From positions 11,470,001 through 11,534,000 of the forward strand of contig OZ024742.1 in the NCBI GenBank assembly GCA_964016885.1: DNA of 64,000 nucleotides, read 5' to 3'. Positions within the stretch are counted from its first letter, which is position 1. Each line of letters starts with the position of its first letter. This DNA is from Eledone cirrhosa. Its lineage: Eukaryota. The position numbers were made by a program, and so were the translations under genes. Shown here one piece after another: positions 39,220 to 53,714 of the stretch. Below the pieces are notes generated by a model. It did not search any database. It saw nothing but the letters and a program-made list of their open reading frames with translations, and was not told the DNA's origin.

Positions 39220-42200
39220 TCTCTCTCTCTCACTTCCATTCTCTCATTCTCTCTCTCACTTCCATTCTCTCATTCTCTCTCTTTCTCACTTCCATTCTCT
39301 CATTCTCTCTCTCTCTCACTTCCATTCTCTCATTCTCTCTCTTTCTCACTTCCATTCTCTCATTCTCTCTCACACTTCCATTCTCTCATTCTCTCTCTCT
39401 CTCTCACTTCCATTCTCTCATTCTCTCTCTATCTCACTTCCATTCTCTCATTCTCTCTTTCACTTCCATTCTCTCATTCTCTCTCTTTCTCACTTCCATT
39501 CTCTCATTCTCTCTCTCTCTCACTTCCATTCTCTCATTCTCTCACTCTCTCACTTCCATTCTCTCATTCTCTCTCTTTCTCACTTCCATTCTCTCTCTTT
39601 CTCACTTCCATTCTCTCATTCTCTCTCTTTCTCACTTCCATTCTCTCATTCTCTCTCTCTCTCTCACTTCCATTCTCTCATTCTCTCTCTCTCTCACTTC
39701 CATTCTCTCATTCTCTCTCTCACTTCCATTCTCTCTCTCTCTCTCTCACTTTCATTCTCTCATTCTCTCTCTTTCTCACTGCCATTCTCTCATTCTCTCT
39801 CTTTCTCACTTCCATTCTGTCATTCTCTCTCTCTCACTTCCATTCTCTCATTCTCTCACTTTCTCACTTCCATTCTCTCATTCTCTCTCTTTCTCACTTC
39901 CATTCTCTCATTCTCTCTCTCTCTCTCACTTCCATTCTCTCATTCTCTCGCTCTCTCACTTCCATTCTCTCATTCTCTTTCTTTCTCACTTCCATTCTCT
40001 CATTCTCTCTCTCTCTCTCACTTCCATTCTCTCATTCTTTCTCTCTCTCACTTCCATTCTCTCATTCTCTCTCTCTCACTCTCCATTCTTTCATTCTCTC
40101 TCTCTCTCACTTCCATTCTCTCATTCTCTCTCTCTCTCACTTCCATTCTCTCATTCTCCCTCTCTCTCAATTCCATTCTCTCATTCTCTCATTCTCTCAC
40201 TTCCATTCTCTCATTCTCTCTCTTTCTCACTTCCATTCTCTCATTCTCTCTCTCTCTCACTTCCATTCTCTCATTCTCTCTCTCTCTCACTTCCATTATC
40301 TCATTCTCTCTCTTTTTAACTTCCATTCTCTCATTCTCTCTCATCATCATCACATCCCTCTCTCATCTCTCTCTTCTCACCATCATGCTTCATTCTCTCT
40401 CTTTTCTCACTTCATTCTCTCATTCTCTCTCTCTCATCTCTCTCTTTCTCAGTTCCATTCTTTCATTCTCTCTCTCTCTCACTTCCATTCTCTCATTCCC
40501 TCTCTTCTCACTTCCATTCTCTCATTCTCTTCTCTTCTCAATTCCATTCTCTCATTCTCTCTCTTTCTCACTTCCATTCTCTCATTCTCTTTCTTTCTCA
40601 CTTCCATTCTCTCATTCTCTCTCTCTCACTTCAAGTCTCTCATTCTCTCTCTCTCTCTCTCACTTCCATTCTCTCATTCTCTCTCTCTCTCACTTCCATT
40701 CTCTCATTCTCTCTCTCTCTCACTTCCATTCTCTCATTCTCTCTCTTTCTCACTTCCATTCTCTCATTCTCTCTCTTTCTAACATCCATTCTCTCATTCT
40801 CTCTCTCTCTCACTTCCATTCTCTCATTCTCTCTCTTTCTCACTTCCATTCTCTCATTCTCTATCTTTCTAACTTCCATTCTCTCATTCTCTCTCTCTCT
40901 CACTTCCATTCTCTCATTCTCTCTCTTTCTCACTTCCATTCTCTCATTCTCTCTCTTTCTAACTTCCATTCTCTCATTCTCTCTCTCTCTCACTTCCATT
41001 CTCTCATTCTCTCTCTTTCTCACTTCCATTCTCTCATTCTCTCTCTTTCTCACTTCCATTCTCTCATTCTCTCTCTCAATTCCATTCTCTCATTCTCTCT
41101 CTCTCTCACTTCCATTCTCTCATTCTCTCTCTTTCTCACTTCCATTCTCTCATTCTCTCCCTCTCACTTCCATTCTCTCATTCTCCCTCTTTCTCACTTC
41201 CATTCTCTCATTCTCTCTCTTTCTCACTTCCATTCTCTCATTCTCTCTCTCTCTCACTTCCATTCTCTCATTCTCTCTCTTTCTCACTTCCATTCTCTCA
41301 TTCTCTCTCTCTCTCTCTCACTTCCATTCTCTCATTCTCTCTCTCTCTCACTTCCATTCTCTCATTCTCTCTCTCTCTCACTTCCATTCTCTCATTCTCC
41401 CTCTCTCTCACTTCCATTCTCTCATTCTCTCTCTCTCTCTCTCACTTCCATTCTCTCATTCTCTCTCTTTCTGAATTCCATTCTCTCATTCTCTCTCTCT
41501 CTCACTTCCATTCTCTCATTCTCTGTCTTTCTCACTTCCATTCTCTCATTCTCTCTCTCTCTCACTTCCATTCCCTCATTATCTGTCTTTCTCACTTCCA
41601 TTCTCTCATTCTCTCTCTTTCTCACTTCCATTCTCTCATTCTATCTCTCTCTCACTTCCATTCTCTCATTCTCTCTCTCTCTCTCCCTTCCATTCACTCA
41701 TTCTCTCTCTTTCTCACTTCCATTCTCTCATTCTATCTCTCTCTCTCACGTCCATTCTCTCATTCTCTCTCTTTCTCACTTCTATTATCTCATTCTCTCT
41801 CTCTCTCTCACTTCCATTCTCTCATTCTCTCTCTCTCTCACTTCCATTCTCTCATTATCTCTCTTTCTCACTTCCATTCTCTCATTCTCTCTCTCTCTCA
41901 CTTCCATTCTCTCATTCTCTCTCTCTCTCTCTCTCATTTCCATTCTCTCATTCTCCCTCTCTCTCACTTCCATTCTCTCATTCTCTCTCTCTCTCTCACT
42001 TCCATTCTCTCATTCTCTCTCTTTCTCACTTCCATTCACTCATTCTCTCTCTCTCTCACTTCCATTCTCTTATTCTCTCTCTTTCTCACTTCCATTCTCT
42101 CATTCTCTCTCTCTCTCACTTCCATTCTTTCATTCTCTCTCTCTCTCACTTCCATTCTCTCATTATCTCTCTTTCTCTCTTCCATTCTCTCATTCTCTCT

Positions 42201-42583
42201 CTCTTTCACTTCCATTCTCTCATTCTCTCTCTCTCTCTCTCACTTCCATTCTCTCATTCTCTCTCTCTCTCACTTCCATTCTCTCATTCTCTCTCTCTCT
42301 CTCACTTCCATTCTCTCATTCTCTCTCTATCTCACTGCCATTCTCTCATTCTCTCTCTCTCTCTCACTTCCATTCTCTCATTCTCTCTCTCTCACTTCCA
42401 TTCTCTCATTCTCTTTCTTTCTCACTTCCATTCCCTCATTCTCTCTCTTTCTCACTTCTATTCTCTCATTCTCTCTCTCTCTCACTTCCATTCTCTCATC
42501 CTCTCTCTTTCTCACTTCCATTCTCTCATTCTCTCTCTCTCTCACTTCCGTTCTCTCATTCTCTCTCTCTCTAATTCCATTCT

Positions 42584-42663
<80 letters not shown>

Positions 42664-43031
42664 CTCTCTCTCTCACTCTCTCTCTCTCTCTCTCACTCTC
42701 TCTCTCTCTCTCACTTCCATTCTCTCATTCTCTCTCTCTCTCTCACTTCCATTCTCTCATTCTCTCTCTCTCTCTCACTTCCATTCTCTCATTCTCTCTC
42801 TTTCTCACTCCCATTCTCTCATACTCTCTCTTTCGCACTTCCATTCTCTCATTCTCTCTCTCTCTCACTTCCATTCTCTCATTCTCTCTCTTTCTCACTT
42901 CCATTCTCTCATTCTCTCTCTCTCTCTCACTTCCATTCTCTCACTCTCCCTCTCTCTCTCACTTCCATTCTCTCATTCTCTCTCTTTCTATCTTCCATTC
43001 TCTCATTCTCCCTCTCTCTCACTTCCATTCT

Positions 43032-43062
<31 letters not shown>

Positions 43063-43073
43063 ACTTCCATTCT

Positions 43074-43109
<36 letters not shown>

Positions 43110-43806
43110 TCCATTCTCTCATTCTCTCTCTTTCTAACTTCCATTCTCTCATTCTCCCTCTCTCTCACTTCCATTCTCTCATTCTCTCTCTTTCTAACTT
43201 CCATTCTCTCAATCTCCCTCTTTCTGACTTCCATTCTCTCATTCTCTCTCTCTTTCTCACTTCCATTCTCTCATTATCTCTCTCTCTCACTTCCATTCTC
43301 TCATTCTCTCTCTTTCTCACTTCCATTCTCTCATTCTCTCTCTCTCTCACTTCCATTCTGTCATTCTCTCTCTTTCTCACTTCCATTCTCTCATTCTCTC
43401 TCTCTCTCTCACTTCCATTCTTTCATTCTCTCTCTCTCTCACTTCCGTTCAATCATTCTCTCTCTCTCTCACTTCCATTCTCTCATTCTCTCTCTTTCTC
43501 ACTTCCATTCTCTCATTCTCTCTCTCTCTCAGTTCCATTCTCTCATTCTCTCTCTCTCTCTCACTTCCATTCTCTCATTCTCTCTCTTTCTCACTTCCAT
43601 TCTCTCATTCTCTCTCTCTCTCACTTCCATTCTCTCATTCTCTCTCTCTCACTTCCATTCTCTCATTCTCTCTCTCTCTCACTTACATTCTCTCATTCCC
43701 TCTCTCTCTCTCACTTACATTCTCTCATTCTCTCTCTCTCACTTCCATTCTCTCATTCTCTCTCTCTCTAATTCCATTCTCTCATTCTCTGTCTCTCTCT
43801 CTCTCT

Positions 43807-43863
<57 letters not shown>

Positions 43864-43985
43864 ACTTCCATTCTCTCATTCTCTCTCTCTCTCTCACCTC
43901 CATTCTCTCATTCTCTCTCTTTCTCACTTCCATTCTCTCATTCTCTCTCTTTCTCACTTCCATTCTCTCATTCTCTCTCTTTCTC
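39220..43985. repeat. ~30-bp pyrimidine-rich satellite (CTCTCTCACTTCCATTCTCTCATTCTCTCT)n
   Basis: Direct reading; the CT run length varies between units. Confidence 0.97.
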
Positions 43986-45256
43986 TGTTTAGCAGAGTTA
44001 TGGTCCGGAAGTTGCCTATGTCATCCACCTTATTCTCGTCCTTCCTGACTAACGTGACTACGCCCTTGGTCACAGAACTGAGAATTCTCCCGTTCTGCTG
44101 CCAGTTGCAGTAAACCAGGAGACCGGAGAACAAGTCCGGCATTCCTACGTAAAATTCGTAGGGTAGACCGTCGGGACCTGGAGATTTGCGTTTGCCGCAT
44201 TGGCTCAGCGCGTCCCCTATCTCAGCGGCCAAAATGGGCCTTTCGCAGAACTTCGCCTCGCTGTCCAAGAGTCGCGGTAGGCCGTCGAGGTATGTACCGA
44301 AATCCATAGCTCCTCCCAGCTCGCCGCCCTGCCCGAACAGTTGAGCAAGGTGCCGCTGAAAGGCCGCGCACATCTGCTTCGGCTCACCTATCACGCGTCC
44401 GTCTTGCTCCTTCAAAGACCAAATCGTGGACTTGGTGCCACTTTTCGCCTCCGTCACTCGGGCTCAGCTAATAGCTTTGGCTCCCTCGTTTTCCAGAGCA
44501 CGTATTTTGCTTCTGACAACGCAGCCTTCATGCTTTGCGTCGAAGAACTGGTCCAAGGCCGTTCTCGTCGCTAGCACGCTGGCTACGTTGCCACTCCTAA
44601 GTGCCTCTTCTACTTTATCTACCAGTTCCTTTTCGGTCTTATTTCTATCTAATACTAATTCTTTACTAAAACCTATCGAGTCTAATCTAACCGCCCTCTT
44701 GAGATAGTACCACTATCTGTTGTTGACAATGGCCCCCGTCAAGTGCTGCTTAACTAAAGTGCTAATCCGTCAACTGTAGGCTTTGCATTTCGGTAACGAC
44801 AATTTCAGCTTCCAGTAGCCGGGTCCCTGTCTATGGGTTTTGTCAAGGTTGACTAAGCAGGACACTAATTTGTGATCTGAATAGGCAACCATGAACATTT
44901 GTGGACAGCTTAACATGTCCCTATCCTTCTTTCTAACTAGAACCCTATCTAGGTACGATCTGGATATTCCGCTAAGATTAGTCCACGTCCACAGTGGCAC
45001 ATTCGGAAAATCTAGTCGATATCTATCGGCCAGGTCAAATCGGCCGATTAACTGTTGTGGCTGTTACACCCCCTCTATCGGGACATGCTCCTACATAGTC
45101 CCAAAGTGCATCTAGTATTCCATTCCAGTCCCCCACTAACAGCAGGGAGCGGGACGTTCCCAGAAAATCTCTAGACGTTTGAAGAAGTCTGGCCGCGGTG
45201 TCCCGGATGGGGCATATGCGGCCACCAGCCTGAAGGCTCCACCTTCACTACTGTCA
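43986..45256 (-). mobile_element. Tx1/L1-clade LINE fragment: AP endonuclease to start of RT
   Basis: FRLVAAYAP; WTWTN..SYLDRVLV..SDHKLV..GPGYWKL; KSPGPDGLPYEFY; NFRTITLLN. Confidence 0.85.
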
Positions 45257-46329
45257 GATAGATAGATATGCGTGTGTTGAATATATAATACCATCATACG
45301 TATATTCACACACACACACAGGTATTTAAAGGCTGAAAAACAGGCGAATATATTATATTTTCTTTGAATCACTTGGAGACATATATATCTGAAGCTTTAT
45401 TCGCTTTCAATGAAAATTACGATTGATTCCTGCTTCTACACTCCACCTCCATCTGTCTTATAAATAATAAACTACTGAAGGATTAAGTCACGTTAGAAAT
45501 GTTAACGGTACTTGGCGAGATTTCTGTTTCGTTACAATACTTTAATTCATCTCTCTCTCTATATATATATATATTGCAGAGAGGAGACCAAAGTTTGATA
45601 ACTATCGCGTTAGGAGGTTCAAGTTGATCTCAAATATTAGAATCACTTTAACTCTAGCACTCTTGTCACCAGATTCTTTTACATCACAGCACAAACTACA
45701 TTAGCTTATGTTTTATTGGGAACCACTATATATATATATATAATAATCACCTTGCATCGATAAACATACACAAACAGGGACACAAACAGGCACATACATA
45801 GACACACACAGAGGCACACACATAGGCACACACATAGACACACATACACAGACACATACACAGGTACACATAACACACACACACACACACACTCACACAC
45901 AGGCACACACACAGACACACACATAGGCATACATACACATACACAGGTACACAGACACACAGGCACACATACATACACACAGGCACACAAGCACACACAC
46001 AGGTACACATATACACAGGCACACGCACATACACAAGCACACATGCAAACATACACATACATACACCCACCCACGCACAGCCACACAGTCCATCCTCACT
46101 CAGTGCCTCGCATCTTGGTGTTGCGATTTGCAATAGCCGAAGTTTAGTCGACCTCCTACGACGTTGTGTCTCACCAGGCCTTTCTTGTCTGTTTTATTCC
46201 TGATATAGGTCTTAATCCTATCTTATCAACGCCCCCCCCCCCCCCATCTACAGGAGGCGTGGTTTAAATTCAGATCACTCAGAGCAGGAAAGGATAAGTA
46301 CTGACACATTTAACAATGTAACCAATCAA

Positions 46330-47190
46330 CCCTGAAGATGATTTCTGGAAGATGGACTCTAGAAGATGAACTTAGTAAAGGTGAACTCCGGAAGATGAAC
46401 CCTGGAAGATGAACTCTGGAAGATGAAACGCTGGAAATTGAACTCTGGAAGATGAAACTATGGAAGATGATCTCAGGAAGATCAACTCTGAAAGATGAAC
46501 TCTGAAAGATTAACTCTGGAAGTTGAACTCTGGAAGATGAACTCTGGAAGATGAACTCTGGAAGATGAAACGTTGGAAGTTGAACTTTGAAAGATGAACT
46601 CTGGAAGATGAATTCTGGAAGATGAACTTAGAAAAAGGTGAACTCTGGGTGATGAACCTTGGAAGATGAACTCTCAAAGATGAACGTTGTAAGTTGAACT
46701 CTGGAAGATGATCTCTGGAAGATGAACTTAGCAAAAGGTGAACTCTGGATGATGAACCCTGGAAGATGAACACTGAAAGATGAACTCTGGAAGATGAACA
46801 CTGAAAGATGAACTCTGGAAGATGAACTCTGGAAGATGAACTCTGGAAGATGAACTTAGCAAAAGGTAAACTCTGGATGATGAACGCTGGAAGTTGAACT
46901 CTGAAAGATGAACTCTGGAAGATGCTCTCTGGAAGATGAACTTAGCAAAAGGTGAACTCTGGGTGATGAACCGTGGAAGATGAACACTGAAAGATGAACG
47001 CTGGAAGATGAACTCTGGAAGATGAACGCTGGAAGATGAACTCTGGAAGATGAACTTAGCAAAGTTTAACTCCGGAAGGTAAAACTCTGGAAGATAAACT
47101 CTGGAAGATGAAACTCTGGAAGATGATCTCTGGAAGATGATCTCAGGAAGATGATCTCAGGAAGATAACCTCTGGAAGATGAACTCTATA
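46330..47190. repeat. 14-bp minisatellite (GAACTCTGGAAGAT)n
   Basis: Direct reading. Confidence 0.93.
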
Positions 47191-48019
47191 AAATAATCTT
47201 GGCAAAGCTGAACTCGCTGAGATTTGAATGGACATAACACCACAGATTATTTAATTCGTCGCTCAAATGAGTCTGGCGTTTCATCGTTTTATATACACAC
47301 CATTGAAGCATGCATGGAGCCATAACTGCTGAAGGTGTCGTAGTTGACATACGGTGTTTCTAGAACTCAATTGCAGACCCGGTGCTACAGTAATTCCATT
47401 AGTTACTTTCCACAATAGTTTGGGGTTTCTGTAGGTAGAGATGTCAGAGTTGCACAACTAACATTGACAACTAACATTGACCACAAGATTCTTCGATATA
47501 TTTACAAGAAAACGAGGCAGGTTTTCCGCAAGTCATTAAATCAGGCTAAGAAATTATCAAACGAACTTGGTATTTTTTAGCTTGTAATTCTTTATTACTA
47601 TTTCTCCAGCTGAGATTGGGAAAGTAACTGAAATTATTTTGCAACCTGTCTCTTAAAGAAAACGAAAAAAAAAACTCTTCTTTGAAAATGATCTGAGGAA
47701 GATCAGAAACGTTCTTATCATACCCCTGGTAAGCCACGTTCAGAATTCCTATATGATTTATTACAGCAATAAGGAACATCAGATCTTGTATACTCACCTT
47801 TTTCCAGTTGAGGATAGGATCTTTTCCTTTCTTTAAGAAAAGTAATAATGGCTTCCGATATATCTACGAAACTACTGAAGACATTGTTGGTTGACAAACA
47901 AATCAAAATATAGTAGATAGAGATATCTGTGGACTTATCTTTTAGGTTCAGATCTTCAATAAACATTCTGAAAGCTGGTAGAGCTTCCCATTTAAGCGTA
48001 TACAATTGACAATGGTTTA

Positions 48020-48235
48020 AAGAAATATTTCTGTACCATCGCAAGGAAAAATCTCCATAATATCTTAAGGAAAGATCTCCGTACCAACTCAAGGGAAATT
48101 CTCCGTAACATCTTAAAGAAAAATCTCCATAACAGCTCAAGAAAATTTCTCCGTACCATCGTAAGGAAGGATCTCTATGATATCTTAAGGAAAGATCTCC
48201 GTAACATCGCAACGAAAGATCTCCGTAACATATCC
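48020..48235. repeat. Diverged 24-bp tandem repeat (AAGGAAAGATCTCCGTAACATCTT)n
   Basis: About 9 units, giving the YGDLSLRC periodicity in ORF 47718-48239. Confidence 0.8.
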
Positions 48236-48611
48236 ACACTAAAAATATCTGACTCCCAAATATTCATGGTTCAACTCCTAAAACTGGGCTCAATTTTCAT
48301 AAATGCAGTTAATCTTGTATTTCCCTCACTATTACATGTATTATCTAGTGCAACGTGCAACTGACGAGTTTATTCAATGGAAGTTCAGCTTCTATTAAGT
48401 TTCTATCAAGAACATTTTGAATGGCAACACCACCTGTGGTTTCTTTTAAATCAAGGAGAGATTATTACATTATTACAAAAGACGAAAGTCAACCAGCAAC
48501 CACTATCGGTTCTTGTGATCGACTCAACAGCAGGGGTTCTTTAAATACATACAATATATACAATATACAAAATATCACCATGTCATGAAAGGTCATTGAC
48601 ATTATATAAAA

Positions 48612-49057
48612 CTAGCAGTGGTACCCGGCATTGCACGGGATAAGGTATTTTGGAACGCGGGCCGCCAACTGACATAATCGTGGAAAAACTGCATGACTGG
48701 ACAATATCTAAAGAAAATAAACTGAATACTCTGATGGCTGGATAATATTTAAGGTTTTCCTCGATGAAGCAGGAAAAATGCAGGTTTTCATCTAATGCGG
48801 GACCTAGGGGATCAAGAAAATGAAATTTTTTTTATGTGCTTTTTAGGCTTTGAAATTTCGGGACAATCAGCTAGACGTAACGCCTCCAAAAAGCCCTAAA
48901 AAGCTGAAAAATAAAGTTTTTCACCTAATGCGGGCCCTAGGAGATCAAAATATTAAATGTTATGTGCATAATACTCCCTGAAACATAAGTAATACACATG
49001 TAAAGTTTGAAAAAAATCGGTTGGGTACTTCTCAAGTTTTAGGGATTCAAACTCACA

Positions 49058-49151
<94 letters not shown>

Positions 49152-49438
49152 TCCTCAGGGAAGTGACGTAATGCAGATAGCCAGACATACAGACAGATAT
49201 AATGGCGCAACTTTATTTTTATGTATCTATCTAAAAATAGAAAGAATAACAATTATAGTGAGAGATCGCTAAATTGCCTAATGCGGTCCCTAGGGCATTG
49301 ACAGTTTGAAATTTTCTTTGCTCGGAAACATAAGTATTACATGTGTAAAGTTTGAAAATAGTCGGTTGGGTGGTTCTCGAGTTTTAGGGATTCAAACTCA
49401 CACACAGACATCCTCAGTTTTATATATATATATATAGA
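48612..49438 (-). mobile_element. Non-autonomous Helitron
   Basis: On the minus strand: begins TC after an A, ends CTAG before a T, with hairpin CCCG.GCA.TGC.CGGG about 8 nt from the 3' end. Contains internal duplications and (CA)n. Confidence 0.75.
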
Positions 49439-49858
49439 TAATTGAGCAGTATCTAATAAAAACAAAATACACTATTAAAGGGAACCGAAAATGTAGATAA
49501 AAGAGCAAATGAAAAGGAGAAAAAGAAAGATGAAGCAGCGAAAGGGAGAGGGAAGGGACAGACACTAGACCCAGTCTCTGTCCTTCTTATACACTCCCTA
49601 CCCCCTTATATGGTAATCATCAAAACCTTCACCTATAACAATGGTCAAAGAATAATTGTTCCACATCACAGCACACTGATTGATAGTGTGAATCTCTTTA
49701 CCCCACCCCTCTCCTCTCTACTATCACACTAAGTGACTGTATTTTATGCTATTTTAAACTTACTTATACTTTCTTAAACGAAAATCTCATTACTGAATTC
49801 TACTTCGTAGTGGACAGTTGAATTCCACTACTATAAGCTTTCTGATGAAGTGTAATAA

Positions 49859-50041
49859 ATAATTGTTTCTACTTGTTGGCACAAGGCCAGTAATTATCCC
49901 AGTGTATTACTGGTACTTTATTTTATCGACCCCGTAAGGATGAAAGGCAAAGTTAACCTCGGCGGGATTTGAACTCAGTCCGTAAAGGGACGTAACTGTG
50001 CTACAAAGCATGGCGTCCGACCCTCTACCGATACGCCCAAA
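49859..50041 (-). mobile_element. SINE
   Basis: Reverse-complement match to the other copies. Confidence 0.9.
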
Positions 50042-50385
50042 ATAATAAAGTATTGCATATGATTGAACAATATATATTCTAGTCAGCATATGTAGACAAT
50101 TATAATAGACACAGAATTATATGTTAAAGCAAATAAATTCATAATCTCTTCACGCAGACATTTTGTTTTTCTTGGTGCAATACTTGCTTATATGATATAC
50201 ACCGTGATACCTTCTGGGTCTATATACCATGTTACCCTGCTTGGACATGTTATAAGATTGAAAGGATACTGTCGTGTCAAATTCTCTGGCAAGCAGTTTT
50301 CTTGTTTAAACATTCATTTCTGATGTACATAAACAATATATATATGTGTGTGTTAGGTAATTCCGAAATATATATATATTTACAC

Positions 50386-50461
<76 letters not shown>

Positions 50462-50872
50462 ATATATATAAAGTATATATATATAAAGTTTTTGACCCAA
50501 TTTAGTCATGTAGCCCCATCAATAATTGTAGCTAATAAGTTAAATTGCTATGAACAACTCGATAATTATAAGTTACCTCCGCTACATTGTCTCTCAATTA
50601 AATAATTGAAATACTAGCGCTTAACTATAAAATACACACAATCTCTAATCTCTCGAGAAGTTACTTCCCCTGAAACCACCCTCTAATTAGTAAGGTAAAT
50701 ATGCCCTTTGGCAGCCATCTTGTTACCCATAGTCAGATCTCACACAATGCAGCCTCGACAGATGAGTACTGCTTGATTATGGCTGACAGCTGATGAAACA
50801 AAGGCACCATAGTAAAGACTAATATATGTAACATTATATTATGTAACATTATTTTAATTTATATTCCTTTGA

Positions 50873-50993
50873 GTTCCGATGAGCCACTCTGTTTTTTTAA
50901 ATATGTTAATTATTTTCAACTGAACCAGATCAATTATGATACATAGTCATCTGATCCAGAAATATTATACGGAGTAGCGAAACAATTGTAAAC
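50873..50993 (+). ncRNA. Hammerhead-like motif, U4C core with very long loop 2
   Basis: gtt-CCGATGA-gc(c)actctgt..~77 nt..acggagt(a)gc-GAAAC-AATT-GTA-aac, with palindromic ACAATTGT. Confidence 0.6.
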
Positions 50994-51120
50994 GGGCATT
51001 ATTATTATTAATATTATTATTATTATTATTCTCTACATTCTTTGCATCAAACTAAATATGTTGACAATCTTTTAATAATGTCTTCCTTGTGAAATTTGTG
51101 GTCTTGTTTTGCTTAACTAA

Positions 51121-51174
<54 letters not shown>

Positions 51175-51243
51175 ATATATATATAGAGAGAGATAGATAT
51201 AGATATATGTGTGTGTATGTATGTGTGTATATATATATACATA

Positions 51244-52087
51244 TAATTATGCTAATTAGAAGAAGAAATAGTATATATTTTAATATCTGATGATTCTAAT
51301 GACATGATTTATAATATAATGCTCTGATTTTTTGATTTTAATTTATTAATTCTTCATAGAGCTTAAAAGTGAACAGTTGCAACATATATATATCTTTAAT
51401 TTTATGTATATGATAACCTTTATATTTAATAATCTCCCAATTGGTTGAGATTAAATTTGGCGATATATGGCTGCGCTTTCTAGCAGCAAGCCTACCCGCT
51501 GTAAGCAACCAATCACACTCTTTCTCTCTGGCTGGAACACAGTTACATAGCGATTTTTAGCCATTTTTGAATCTAAATTTGGCGGGATCGGATTGAAAAA
51601 CTAAATGTCTGATTTTGAGTTTATCTCCTGATGAAACCTAACTCTGGAAATTCATATTATTTGGATGTCCTAAATAAGGAAGAAATCATGGTAGAGATAA
51701 AATTACGGTATGTGCGCATTTCTTCTAAGTTTAATTTTACTACTAACTGTGTGTGGTTGATGGTATATTTAGTCGGAGTCTGCATGCTGTCGAAATGTTC
51801 GATAAATAATGGAACGGGGCTGCCGCGAAGAGGCTACGATCGATTGTTTGTCAGAGATTTCCCCATGAGAAAATTTATTCTTAAAGCTTGCTAGATTTGA
51901 TTTTGTATATGGTTAATTATGCTAATTAGAAGAAGAAATAGTATATATTTTAATATCTGATGATTCTAAAGACATGATTTATAATATAATGCTCTGATTT
52001 TTTGATTTTAATTTATTAATCCTTCATAGAGCTTAAAAGTGAACAGTTGCAACATATATATATCTTTAATTTTATGTATATGATAAC

Positions 52088-52095
<8 letters not shown>
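51244..52095. mobile_element. Non-coding partial tandem: 670-bp monomer with 182-bp terminal direct repeats, in (TA)n
   Basis: 51244-51425 and 51914-52095 differ at two positions by eye. Confidence 0.8.
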
Positions 52096-52152
<57 letters not shown>

Positions 52153-53279
52153 TGCGTCCAGCTATCCATTAATATACACCTGCGTGTGTGTGTGAGAGAG
52201 AGAGAGGATGGGAGAGGGAAAGAGAGAGAGGGAGAGAGAGGGGGATAGAAAAAGATAAAGAGAGGGGGAGAAAGAGAGAGAAGGGGAGAGAAATATAATG
52301 AATAATTAACTAAATATGAATTTATATTTACATAATGTCCTAGAGAGGAACAGAATATACATGTGGGTATGTGTGTATGTGTGTATTTGTATGTGTGGAT
52401 TTATATGTGTATGTGTATGTGTGTATGTGTGTGTATGTGTGTGTATGTGTGTGTATGTGTGTGTGTGTATGTGTGTTTGTGTATGTCTGTGTGTTTATGA
52501 GCGTATATGTGTGTATGTGTGCGTGTATGTGTGTGCATATATGCATGTGTATATATATGTGTGTATGTGTGTGCATGTGTGTATGTGTCTTTATATGTGT
52601 GTATATATGTGTATATATGTGTGTATGTGTGTATATATATGTGTGTGTATGTGTGTCTGTATATATGTGTACGTGTGTGTATATATGTGTGTATATATAT
52701 ATGTGTATATATATGTGTGTAAGTGTGTATGTGAGTGTATTTATGTGTGTATGTTTGTATGTGAGTGTATTTATGTGTATGTGTGTGTGTATATATGTGT
52801 GTATGTGTGTGTGTATCTATGTGTGTATGTCTGTGTATCTATGTGTGTATGTGTGTGTATCTATGTGTATGTGTGTGTATCTATGTGTGTATGTGTAATA
52901 GAAGAAAACAAACGCAAACCAACGTGAGGAAGACGATGTAGAAAAAAACAAAGAGCGACATCTCTGGATATAATGATATTGCCAATAACCAATAAGATAA
53001 ATATTCTTGTTATATCGAAAAACGCTTTTCGACTTGGCCCAGAGGATGGAAAATGTGGATATTTCTGTCTTATTAACGACAAGAACTGGCGCCAAACGCT
53101 GTAGGCCTTCTTTATAAGTTGTAAGTTTGTTTAAAATGTCTTACACGCTATCTTTCCTACTAAGGCAGCCATATTCACACTTTTACTTCAATCTCCACTT
53201 TTGTATCTCTCTCTCTTGCTCATCTTTACACATTTTAATATATCACAAATTGATTGGGTTTATTGATACTATTGTTTAG

Positions 53280-53480
53280 GTGGGTTGGCAGTGTCGGTAG
53301 AGGGTCGGACGCCATGCTTTGCAGCAAAGAGTTACGATCCTTTGCGGTCTGAGTTCAAATCCAGCCGAGGTTAAGTTTGCCTTTCATCCTTACGGGATTG
53401 ATAAAATAAAGTACCAGTCACGCACTGGAGTCGATTAAATCGACTTTCCCCTCCCTCAAAATTGTTGGCCTTCTGCCTAT
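53280..53480 (+). mobile_element. SINE, long variant
   Basis: A/B boxes, core, and an extra GTCGATTAAATCGAC..CCCCTCCC segment. Confidence 0.9.
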
Positions 53481-53714
53481 ATAAGTAACCATTATAATAT
53501 GCATGCGCATATATATATATATATATATATATTTTTTTTAGTATATGTTGGTTGTATACTAACACCCAGTATGCAGATTGGAGCACTCGACGAAGTGCGC
53601 AGGTAGGTTTGGTTACTCCGGAGTAATGTAAAATAAAATAAAATAAATAAGTCAAATGTTTAAAATTTGGCTTCGTTTATTACTGCAATATATATTTCGG
53701 TGACAGCCATCTTT

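Noticed and set aside
39150-43985. 729-aa and 389-aa Ser/Leu/His ORFs
   Set aside because: Artefact of a stop-poor pyrimidine satellite.
47546-48020. Decayed PLE reverse transcriptase on the minus strand
   Set aside because: Only vague resemblance; no intact catalytic motif.
49838-49860. CTGATGA next to a SINE end
   Set aside because: No stem II or GAAA partner; at best a truncated motif.
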